From NCBI GenBank assembly GCA_964481585.1, contig CAYZVT010000001.1, positions 1 through 44,212 on the forward strand: DNA of 44,212 nt, written 5' to 3'. A model generated the notes under the pieces. That model did not search any database. It was not told where the DNA came from and saw nothing but the letters and a program-made list of their open reading frames with translations. The stretch comes from an uncultured Pirellulales bacterium (GTDB taxonomy: Bacteria > Planctomycetota > Planctomycetia > Pirellulales > CAYZVT01). This document shows, one piece after another, positions 27,191 through 35,375 of this stretch. Both the position numbers and the translations under genes were made by a program. Positions within the stretch are counted from its first letter, which is position 1. Each line of letters starts with the position of its first letter.

Positions 27191-29223
27191 CGGCCCAACT
27201 CCCGCCGGCGGTGACGCAGGACGCCCGCGATCAGCGCGAGTGCGCCCAGAGCGGACAGCAGCCAGGACGAGGGTTCGGGAACCGCGCTGTACTGCAAGTA
27301 ATCGAACTCGCTGGTGACGGTCCCGCCAAAGCCCTTGGCGAATAGCCCCACGAAGTCCAGATCTCGACTGCCCAGGTCGCGCGTGCCGATGCTGGTCCAG
27401 ATCCGGCCGTCGAAGGAATATAAAAAATCATACAGCGTATCGCTGCGAGTAATCCGCAGGAAGATTTCGTCGATCGTCATGCCGACCAGAGCGTCCAAAG
27501 GACCGCCGTTGTCGAAGGGGCCTTCCATCCGCAGGCTAGGCGTCCCGCCGGTGAAGATCGGGCCGAACATGATTGGGTCCCAGGTGTCGCCATCGGGGTC
27601 CACGAAACTCAGCAGCAAGCCCGTATGCGAGCCATTGCTCAGATCGGCGCGCGTCAGCCGCGTCTCCAAAGAGAAGTAGAGGTCGTTGTTGACGGCCAAC
27701 CGCAGTTGGGGAGCACGATTGATCGTCGACCATAGGTCGAGCGGTTGGCTGGCGATGTGAGGGACAACGAACTGGAATTGCCCCGTGCCGGCCAGTGTCG
27801 CGGTTGGGCTTTCGCCGGGCCGGTAGACCGACAGGTGAGCATCGAGTGTGGCTCCGTCGAAGGACGTGTGAAGGGTTCTGGCGCGCTCGGCGTCGAGCAC
27901 GCGGATTGAATCCACATTGACGTGTCCCCAGCTTCCCGTTCGCTCATCAACCACTTTGAACCGCACGGTTTGTCCAACGAGATTGTCGACGTTCCACTCG
28001 TACTCGCGCATCGGCTCGCCCTGGGCAGAGGAACTGGTGCGGGCATGGCCCGAGTCCTTGCGGGCGACGACCCACACGCCGGGACTGGCCTCGTGTTCTA
28101 ACTGCAGTTGCGTTTTTCCATCGGCGGTGGAGTCCCAGCCGCCGCCGCCGATGAGGGCTTGGATGGTGTTCGACTCCAGCACAAACGGAGTACCGGTCAG
28201 CGTGCCGGTCTGGCCGTCGCCCTGGGTTCCCGTGCCGCGATCCTGCTCGTCCTCGAACGTGCCGAGAAACCATTCGCCTTGCTTGTTGAAGTTCGCGCGA
28301 ACGGAGTTGGTCGGCTGCGTTCCAAAGGCCGTTCCGGTGGTCGTCCAACCGTCGGGCAACACGCCATTTTCAAAATCGTGGACGGCTTGATAATCGACGG
28401 TGCCTTGATTGAGTCCCCACTTGGTGTCCAGGTAATGAAGCATCTGGTAGTGCGCGGTGGTGCCCATCAGGTCGCGGTTGAAGATGACGATTTCCGCCAG
28501 ATCACCATCGAAGCGTTCCGTGCCGGTGGCAAGTTTGCCCCCCACCCGCACGCCGGAGTTGCCAACATTCAAACTCCCGGGATTCGCGGTGCGGCCCGAG
28601 TAAAGCTCGCCATTGTCCGTGATGCGGACATTATGCACGCTGGAACGGCCGATGGTGATGTCGTTGTTGATCGCCATCGCTGTGGAGCGCCACGCATCAG
28701 CAGTCACGGGGACTAGGTTGTGGCGATCATTGCCTTGGCCATTGAAGCCGTAGGTGGTGTTGGCGTGCAGCAAGGAGGCCCGGGCAGAACTCGCCACCGG
28801 ATCAGCCGCTTGTTCGACGACGACCTGCACTTGGTTCACGCGGGGTTTCCAGACGGCATAGACGGAGTAGGTGTCATCGCCGCCGGCGACCACCGCCGCG
28901 CCGGTGAGAAAATCGTTGTCGGTCGCGCCGCCAAAGGTGAGCACGTTTTTGCCGTGGAGCGCGTTGACGCCGGTTTGCGGTTTGTTGGAGAAGTTCGCTT
29001 GCGAAACCGTTCCCCCTCCGGCAGTCGATTTGTCGGTCCACTGCTGTACGAAACCGGAATGCGCCGCGTCGACGACGGTGGACGCATCGCTGGCGTCGAG
29101 CCAGAGCACGCTGCCGCTGATTTGGTTGGGATCGACGATCGCGGCTTGGAGCGCGGAGCTGCCAGGCACGCCGCTCAGCACCACGACGAGCAGGAAGAGG
29201 CAGAGAAGCATGTTGAATCGCAT
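27187..29223 (-). CDS. LamG-domain PEP-CTERM surface protein carrying a GH32-associated beta-sandwich module
   Basis: Start at ATG 29223 (MRFNMLLCLFLLVVVL signal peptide). LamG-like tail GDLAEIVIFNRDL. An internal module ends in WGHVNVDSI. C-terminus VPEPSSWLLSALGALALIAGVLRHRRR. Confidence 0.75.
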   Translation of the reverse strand: MRFNMLLCLFLLVVVLSGVPGSSALQAAIVDPNQISGSVLWLDASDASTVVDAAHSGFVQQWTDKSTAGGGTVSQANFSNKPQTGVNALHGKNVLTFGGATDNDFLTGAAVVAGGDDTYSVYAVWKPRVNQVQVVVEQAADPVASSARASLLHANTTYGFNGQGNDRHNLVPVTADAWRSTAMAINNDITIGRSSVHNVRITDNGELYSGRTANPGSLNVGNSGVRVGGKLATGTERFDGDLAEIVIFNRDLMGTTAHYQMLHYLDTKWGLNQGTVDYQAVHDFENGVLPDGWTTTGTAFGTQPTNSVRANFNKQGEWFLGTFEDEQDRGTGTQGDGQTGTLTGTPFVLESNTIQALIGGGGWDSTADGKTQLQLEHEASPGVWVVARKDSGHARTSSSAQGEPMREYEWNVDNLVGQTVRFKVVDERTGSWGHVNVDSIRVLDAERARTLHTSFDGATLDAHLSVYRPGESPTATLAGTGQFQFVVPHIASQPLDLWSTINRAPQLRLAVNNDLYFSLETRLTRADLSNGSHTGLLLSFVDPDGDTWDPIMFGPIFTGGTPSLRMEGPFDNGGPLDALVGMTIDEIFLRITRSDTLYDFLYSFDGRIWTSIGTRDLGSRDLDFVGLFAKGFGGTVTSEFDYLQYSAVPEPSSWLLSALGALALIAGVLRHRRRELGR

Positions 29224-29303
29224 GGATACCTCGCGCCGGCTAACAACAAGTCGGAGGAATTGGACCGTGAGCATGGCTGCACTTTTTCCCCTGCAATGCG
29301 CTC

Positions 29304-30953
29304 TCAGGGATGCGATGGCGGCGGCGCTGCGGTCGCCGGTACAGGCCCTGCTTCGAAAAGAATCTTGATCTGCTCGGCGCTCAGTGCTCGATCGTACAGA
29401 TGCACCTCGTCAACCGATCCTGCGAAGAAGGCGTCGCGTCCCCGGGCCGTGCCCCGCTGGTGGGCGAGCTTGCTGTGTCGCAAGCCCATCAGCACTTGGC
29501 TGTGGGCGGTGTCGTAGCGTTCCAGCTGCGCCCCGCGGAGGCGACCGTAGCGCTCTCCGTTGCGATAGAGCGTGATCGTGCCCGACGATTCGTAAGTGAT
29601 GGCCAACAGGGCCGTCTCGCCGGGCAGCATCGGCTCGGGGACGACAAACTGAGGCCGCTGCTGGGTCCGGCGAAAATAGTCGCTGCCGTTGATCCAGACC
29701 AGTGGCGCGATTTCGGCGAACACCAGACCGTCGAAAATCTGCGCGCGCGGCTTTTCGAGAATCACCACGCCGCCGCCTTGTTGTTCAAAATTGGCGGGCG
29801 CTACCCAGGCAACGAGCGAATACTCGCTAAGATCTTTCGCCAAGGGAGAGGCCCGCAGGTAGCCGTCCACGCCGTTGAGCAGCAGGCGTCCCTGCGCGAT
29901 TGTCGCGCTGCCGTGCAATGCGCCGTGCAGACCGCCGATGTGATCCAGGGCGCTATCGTCGTTGAACGTCCAGCGATGGATCAGCGCGCGTTCAAGCCCT
30001 TCGCGGGCGGCGGCGGCTACCATCTCGGGCAGGTCCGCTGTGCGCAAGAACCGTTCCGGCTGCGAGGAGTAGGTGGGCGACGTTTCGGGGGAAGGCGTTT
30101 TGGCAAGCCGCGTCGCCTGGCCGACCGCCAGCACGAGCGGTGGGGAGCCGTTGGTGGGCTGAACGAGCACGGACCCGGAGAAGACATGGATCTCGGCGTC
30201 TCCCCGCGCATCGACCGCCACGCCGAACTCGGTCCCCAGGTCCACCACCGTCCCCCGGGGCGTTTCAATCGCAAACTCCGCCGTCGCTTTGGCCACCAGA
30301 GCCGTAAGTTTGCCCCGTAGCAACCGCCCCCTGTGCGGCGCGGCCAACTGGAACCGCGCCGGACCGCTCAATACGACGCGGGTTCCCTCCTGAAAGGCGA
30401 TCTCGACCGTTCCCCGCTCCAGTTTCAGCACTTTCCCCTGCCGCAACGCCGCACCCGCCGCGATGTCTGGACTGCCCGCCGCCCACTGGCAGTCAATCGC
30501 CTGGGTCAATCGCGCCAGCACAGCGGGCGCCGAGTGAGGTTGCGGTAAAGGACTCGCCGGAGGCGGGACGCGGCGCACATGCACTTGCGCCGACGTCAAA
30601 AGCAGCGAGACAATCGCCACCAGCGCAAAGACCACCGAGAAGCCCGAAGTCCGCGTTAAGTAGTCGCGCACCGCCGCCCAGCCGCTGCGCGAGGGGTCGG
30701 GCAGCGGCGCGATGGTCAGCGGCACCGGCGGCGGAGCGGCCGTCTCCGGCAACGGCAAAACCGTCCGCCGCATCTCCGTCCGCCAATGGATCTCAGTGTG
30801 GAGATCAAAATACTCCAGATAAACCTGCCGCGCCGCCGGGTCGTTCGCCAGCAGCTGCTCTAGTTGCTGCACTTGCTGGCGAGTGAGCATGCCGCTGCAT
30901 AGGCCGTCGATCAGCGCCAGCAGCGTATCGCGTGATTCCTGCGGGGCGCTCAT
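29304..30953 (-). CDS. FecR-family anti-sigma factor with C-terminal LamG sensor domain
   Basis: Its ATG at 30953 overlaps the sigma gene stop (ATGA). One TM segment (FSVVFALVAIVSLLL). FecR region (AEFAIETPRGTVVDLGTEFGV). LamG-type tail FFAGSVDEVHLYDRALSAEQI. Confidence 0.8.
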   Translation of the reverse strand: MSAPQESRDTLLALIDGLCSGMLTRQQVQQLEQLLANDPAARQVYLEYFDLHTEIHWRTEMRRTVLPLPETAAPPPVPLTIAPLPDPSRSGWAAVRDYLTRTSGFSVVFALVAIVSLLLTSAQVHVRRVPPPASPLPQPHSAPAVLARLTQAIDCQWAAGSPDIAAGAALRQGKVLKLERGTVEIAFQEGTRVVLSGPARFQLAAPHRGRLLRGKLTALVAKATAEFAIETPRGTVVDLGTEFGVAVDARGDAEIHVFSGSVLVQPTNGSPPLVLAVGQATRLAKTPSPETSPTYSSQPERFLRTADLPEMVAAAAREGLERALIHRWTFNDDSALDHIGGLHGALHGSATIAQGRLLLNGVDGYLRASPLAKDLSEYSLVAWVAPANFEQQGGGVVILEKPRAQIFDGLVFAEIAPLVWINGSDYFRRTQQRPQFVVPEPMLPGETALLAITYESSGTITLYRNGERYGRLRGAQLERYDTAHSQVLMGLRHSKLAHQRGTARGRDAFFAGSVDEVHLYDRALSAEQIKILFEAGPVPATAAPPPSHP

Positions 30954-31483
30954 CGCGAGCGCTCCTGAGCGAGTGCCCGGTTGATGCAGTCGTAAAGCGA
31001 TTGGCGGATGCGTCGCAACGATTGATAGACGCCGTCGGCCGAACGCCCCCGGTGCGCGGCGACCTGCTTGATGCTGGTGTTGCGCTCGTAACACTGCTCC
31101 AGAAGCTGCCGGTCGGCAGGGCTCAATTTTTCCAAGCAGAAAGGCAGCGCCTCGCGCCGCGCCGCAAAGAGATCCACCTGAGCAGCCCGCTCCGCGCTTA
31201 GCGCGGCCAGCAGCGATTGGCTGAAGACGGTTTGCTGGCGGCGTTTACTTTGGACAAAGTTGTTCGCTTCGTAATAGGCAATCCGGCATGCCCAGGCGAA
31301 GAAATTGGTGTCGGGTTGGAACTCGTCGAACTTGCGCCACAAAATCAGGCTCGTCTGCTGCAACAAATCTTCGGCGTCGGCCGTGTTTTGCACCAGCGCA
31401 TGCAAGTAGCCCAGCAACTGGCGTTGATGCTGGGAAAACAGTTCCACAAAAGCGTCGGGCCGTTTCTCCGTTTTTCTCGCCAT
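30950..31483 (-). CDS. ECF sigma factor
   Basis: 177 aa from ATG 31483. Region 2 AEDLLQQTSLILWRKFDEFQPDTNFFAWACRIAYYE. Region 4 IKQVAAHRGRSADGVYQSLRRIR. Confidence 0.85.
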   Translation of the reverse strand: MARKTEKRPDAFVELFSQHQRQLLGYLHALVQNTADAEDLLQQTSLILWRKFDEFQPDTNFFAWACRIAYYEANNFVQSKRRQQTVFSQSLLAALSAERAAQVDLFAARREALPFCLEKLSPADRQLLEQCYERNTSIKQVAAHRGRSADGVYQSLRRIRQSLYDCINRALAQERSR

Positions 31484-31724
31484 ATGCCATCTCTGGATAG
31501 TCGCGCGAATCGAACCGGCTACCGCCGAGCCAGCTCCGCCCCACGCCGCGACGGTCCGCCCGACAGAACGCCCCGCCATATAACTAACGTGGCGATCGCG
31601 AAGAATCTGAGGCAATTTTTTGCAACAGGCTGGCCGTTCCCCAATCCGTTGCCGTCAGCGCTCTTTAGCCTCCTGTAGAAACCGCGCGGAAGCGCCGTGA
31701 AACCACGATCAGCAACAAAGAAAC

Positions 31725-31748
31725 GCCAGACGCGGGCAGGCGTCTGGC
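31725..31748. other. perfect 9-bp-stem hairpin in the 666-bp divergent intergenic region
   Basis: gccagacgc-gggcag-gcgtctggc, read directly. Function unknown. Confidence 0.5.
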
Positions 31749-32149
31749 ATTGGTGTAAAGCATTGGTGGCTAAGCAGTTTCGCCTGCGTCTTGTAGTGCC
31801 CCCTCATGGACGGGAACCACAAACCCTGTGACTAAGTGGAGCGGGCAATGCGGGGGTAAGACACAGCAACCCGCGCTTGGATCGCCGAGCGCGTCCGCCA
31901 GTGTCTGATTTTCCCGCCGGTCCAAGCGCCTGGCCAGCCTGCTGCGCAGCCGCGCCGGCGCGGCGTAACATGCGTACCACCATTCCGGTTACCTCAGTCT
32001 TGCCAGACCTACTGGAACAATTGAGGGGGTTGCGGTACACTAGGCGGACCCCACGGGTGGAGCGAGAACAGGCCTGGCATCCGCTACTGAATTTTCCCGA
32101 CAACGGCGCTTCTCGGCGCGCGCTGCGGGGCCTGCCAAGGAAATCTGCC

Positions 32150-33961
32150 ATGCCCGAACCCGAGGAACTGGCCTATCGGCGTTGGCTCGGCTGGAAGCAC
32201 TCAACCGCACCGAACCATTACGAACTGCTGGGCGTCCCTAGCGAGGTTGCCGACCCGGATCAAATCTCTGCGGCCGCGCAGCGGCGTCTGGCGCAACTGC
32301 GGCAAGCCCAGCCGACAGGCGACGCGGAGGCAGCGCAGCTCAAGCGGCTGCTGTACGAAGTGACGCGGGCGCGGCAGTGCCTAGTCGATCCGCAACTGCG
32401 TGCCCGCTATGACCGCAGCCTCGCCGCGCCGGCGCTGGAGCCGCTCGACTTGGCGCTCTGCCCGGACTTGCCGCTCGAACCGCTCCGCGCGCCCGTGGCG
32501 ATCGGTGGTCACTTGCCGCCCCGCCAAGTCCTGTCCCGTTCCCGCGCGCTGGGCAAGCTCTCCGCGGGCTGGTGGGCCGGTGCCGCCGGCTCGGGGTTGC
32601 TGCTGTTGACCGGCGGCTTGATTTACCTGACCCGCGACGCCGACGCGATCCCCGTCGCTCAAGCCGACGCGCCGAGCCGCGAAGAGGCGTCGGCCGACAA
32701 TGCGCCGCCTCCGCCGACGCCACCGCGTCCGTCCAATGCGCCTCAGCCGCAGCCGAATGAAGCGCCCTTGCCCACGCCGGAACCCGCGCTGCCGGCCCAG
32801 TCGCTCCCGAGCGGTCCGCCTCCCGCTCCGTTTGCCAGCCTGCCGGCCGAGACGGAGTTGCCCCGGCGCGTGCTCTCGCAGACATTGGGCGTCGAGGCTG
32901 CCGGTTCGCGGCGACTCGGCCCCGTAGCGCTGGCCGGACGCAAGTTGAGCGTCGCGCTTGACTGTTCGGCTTGCGATCTGCCCGGCAGTTATGCTTTTGT
33001 TGTCGAACCGCATCCCCAGAACGCCGAGCAATGGCTCGTGCGCCTTGCGCCGCGTCCTGCCGAGAACAATCCCGCGTCCGCAGAGGCGGCCGACTCGTCG
33101 CTCGCCGTCTTACCGGCATCGCTCGCGCCGGTGGCCTTGCTGACGGCGGCCGATGGGCAATTGGCGTTTCAGTGGAACGCGGAGAATACCGAGCCGCGGG
33201 CTGAACAGTTGCGCAACGCGGTGCTCCACCTGCGGGCCGGCGAGATGTCGCACGCGCTGCGGCTGCGCAGGGTGCGGCGCGTGCCGCCTTGGACGGTCGA
33301 CTTGGCCAGCGAGGCACACCGCATTGGCTTGGACCTGCCCCATCCGCCGCCGAGGGAGCAGTTGTTTTTGGAGATCACGGCGCTGGACGGTTTTGACCTG
33401 CAACTGGCGTACGTCGTGGCCGACCGCAAATTTGGCGTGGGCGAAGTGGCGGAGATTCCGATCCACGCCACCCCCGAGGCGAGCCTCAACCTGAGCTTGG
33501 TGCAACAGGACGAGGGTTGGGAGATCACCATCTTCAGCCATTACCAGATCGGTCGCCGCGCGACGGATTTACACGCCGAACAAGTGCGGACGACGCTGCT
33601 GGGTTTGAACAGGACGCTCCAGGAAAACGCCGCCGAGATGCGCGCCGCGCAAGCGGCGGTCGAAACGATCGGCCTCCGCTTGCGGTATCTACAGGGCCTG
33701 CCGGCTCCCACCGGGATAAGCCGCGAAATCCAGATGGCGGCACGGCTGCAAGAAGCGCGGAATCTGCAAGCGCAGCTCAAGAAGGCGCTAAGCACGATCC
33801 GCCGCTTTGAAAACTCGCTTCCCCGTACGCAGTTGGCGCTCCAGCAGATGACTTCCTTGGCGGCGGCTTGCACGGCACTGCATCAGCATGCGCGGGTCCA
33901 CTATCGCGTGGTGGCCGACACGCCCGCCGGGGAGCGGGAACTATCGATCGCCGGTCCCTAG
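32150..33961 (+). CDS. bitopic membrane protein: N-terminal J-like domain lacking HPD, TM, Pro-rich linker, beta-rich + coiled-coil C-terminal module
   Basis: ATG 32150 with AAGGA 9 nt upstream. In-frame TTG 31877 and ATG 31970 are possible but look non-protein-like. J-like sequence NHYELLGV...RRLAQLRQAQPTGD...LVDPQLRARYDRSL. TM segment at about 32567-32630. Confidence 0.65.
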   Translation: MPEPEELAYRRWLGWKHSTAPNHYELLGVPSEVADPDQISAAAQRRLAQLRQAQPTGDAEAAQLKRLLYEVTRARQCLVDPQLRARYDRSLAAPALEPLDLALCPDLPLEPLRAPVAIGGHLPPRQVLSRSRALGKLSAGWWAGAAGSGLLLLTGGLIYLTRDADAIPVAQADAPSREEASADNAPPPPTPPRPSNAPQPQPNEAPLPTPEPALPAQSLPSGPPPAPFASLPAETELPRRVLSQTLGVEAAGSRRLGPVALAGRKLSVALDCSACDLPGSYAFVVEPHPQNAEQWLVRLAPRPAENNPASAEAADSSLAVLPASLAPVALLTAADGQLAFQWNAENTEPRAEQLRNAVLHLRAGEMSHALRLRRVRRVPPWTVDLASEAHRIGLDLPHPPPREQLFLEITALDGFDLQLAYVVADRKFGVGEVAEIPIHATPEASLNLSLVQQDEGWEITIFSHYQIGRRATDLHAEQVRTTLLGLNRTLQENAAEMRAAQAAVETIGLRLRYLQGLPAPTGISREIQMAARLQEARNLQAQLKKALSTIRRFENSLPRTQLALQQMTSLAAACTALHQHARVHYRVVADTPAGERELSIAGP

Positions 33962-34022
33962 TTGATCGTCATGGCATTCGAGACGTAAGGCCACTTGTCC
34001 CTTGGAGCAAGAGCAAACAACG

Positions 34023-35375
34023 ATGAGCGCTTCGCGTGATTTGCGAATTCAGTTGCGGTCGCGGGTGACCTGCCCGCACTGCTGGAAAAGGTTTGCGCCG
34101 GAAGACGTGCTGTGGATCTCGACGCACCCGAGCCTGCTCGACGACCCGCTGTTGGGGAGCGACCACCAGCAGCGTTTTCTGCCGACGCGGTTTAATGTCG
34201 ATGGCAACGCAATCGACTCGCGCGGGTCCGTTTGTCAGGAGCTCGCCTGTCCGCATTGCCACCTGTCGGTGCCGCGGGCGTTATTGGAAGTCGCGCCGCT
34301 GTTTGTGTCGATCATGGGCACGCCGTCGTGCGGCAAGTCGTATTTTCTGGCCTCGATGACCTGGCAACTCCGCAAGCGGCTGCCGCAGTACTTCGCCATG
34401 ACGTTCGGCGACGCCGATCCGGTTTCGAACAAGATCGTGAACCACTACGAGGAAGAACAGTTCTTCAACCCCCGCCGCGATGAAGTCGTCAAGCTGGCGA
34501 AAACCGAAGAGCAAGGCGACCTGTACGACACGGTTCGCTATGGGGAGCAGGTGGTGACTTATCCGCGACCGTTTCTGTTCAGCGTTCATCCGGGGCGCGA
34601 CCATCCGCACCACGACAACGCCCGCAAGATCGCGCGAATCTTGTGCCTGTACGACAACGCCGGCGAATCGTTCGAGCCGGGCAAGGACACGGCGGCCAAT
34701 CCGGTGACGCGGCACTTGGCCCAATCGCAGGTGCTGATGTTCTGCTTCGATCCGACGCAAGATCCGCGCTTCCGCGACGCCTGCCGGGGCCATTCGCAAG
34801 ACCCGCAAGTGCTTGAACAGCCCGTTACCTCGCGGCAGGAAACCGTACTGCATGAAATCGCCGATCGCGTCCGCAAGCATACCAAGCTCAAGCAAGGAGA
34901 ACGCCACCAGCGGCCGCTGATCGTGATCGTCACCAAATACGACGCTTGGTGGCATCTGCTGGGCGAGCAGCACTTGGAATCCCCGTGGGTTTGGGGCCCG
35001 CAACAAAAATGGTGCGCTTTGCAAATGGCGCAGATCGACGACGTCTCGGCCCGGCTGCGGGCGGTGCTGTGGCAGCTCTGTCCCGAAATCGTCTCGGCCG
35101 CCGAGGGCTTTGCCGAACAGGTGGTCTACGTGCCGGTCAGCGCGACCGGCTGCGGCCCGCAGCGCGATCCGGCGACCGGCGCGCTGGGCGTGCGGCCGCG
35201 CGACATCAAGCCGCAATGGGTCGAAGTGCCGCTGCTGGTGGCGCTGGCCCGCTGGGGCGGCGGCATGATCGCCTACAAGCAACGCCCACGCTCGCAACCC
35301 CCTCATTCTCGTCCGGTCGCGGCCACCGCGCCGCCGTCGAGCAACGGCCATCCTCAGACGAAAGAGGCCCGATGA
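34023..35375 (+). CDS. Zn-ribbon + TRAFAC-class P-loop GTPase
   Basis: Two CPHC pairs (34071-34082 and 34248-34259). G1 GTPSCGKS (34317-34340). G3 DNAGE (34653-34667). G4 TKYD (34932-34943). G5-like VSATG. No TM segment. Confidence 0.8.
   Translation: MSASRDLRIQLRSRVTCPHCWKRFAPEDVLWISTHPSLLDDPLLGSDHQQRFLPTRFNVDGNAIDSRGSVCQELACPHCHLSVPRALLEVAPLFVSIMGTPSCGKSYFLASMTWQLRKRLPQYFAMTFGDADPVSNKIVNHYEEEQFFNPRRDEVVKLAKTEEQGDLYDTVRYGEQVVTYPRPFLFSVHPGRDHPHHDNARKIARILCLYDNAGESFEPGKDTAANPVTRHLAQSQVLMFCFDPTQDPRFRDACRGHSQDPQVLEQPVTSRQETVLHEIADRVRKHTKLKQGERHQRPLIVIVTKYDAWWHLLGEQHLESPWVWGPQQKWCALQMAQIDDVSARLRAVLWQLCPEIVSAAEGFAEQVVYVPVSATGCGPQRDPATGALGVRPRDIKPQWVEVPLLVALARWGGGMIAYKQRPRSQPPHSRPVAATAPPSSNGHPQTKEAR

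Noticed and set aside
31877-32149. N-terminal extension of the J-like ORF (TTG 31877 or ATG 31970). The same question arose for the long upstream extensions of ORFs starting at 3255, 5106, 14233, 21407, 31094, 31615 and 34946.
   Set aside because: The extensions are Arg/Pro-rich, lack protein-like features, and overlap the upstream gene or run through intergenic repeats. Internal ATGs give signal peptides, SD sequences or ATGA coupling. The 31970 start is not fully excluded.
32213-32422. Calling the first operon gene dnaJ/cbpA
   Set aside because: The HPD motif is absent, as are the Gly/Phe region, the zinc-finger CxxCxGxG repeats and the DnaJ C-terminal domains. Only a J-like helical hairpin is present.
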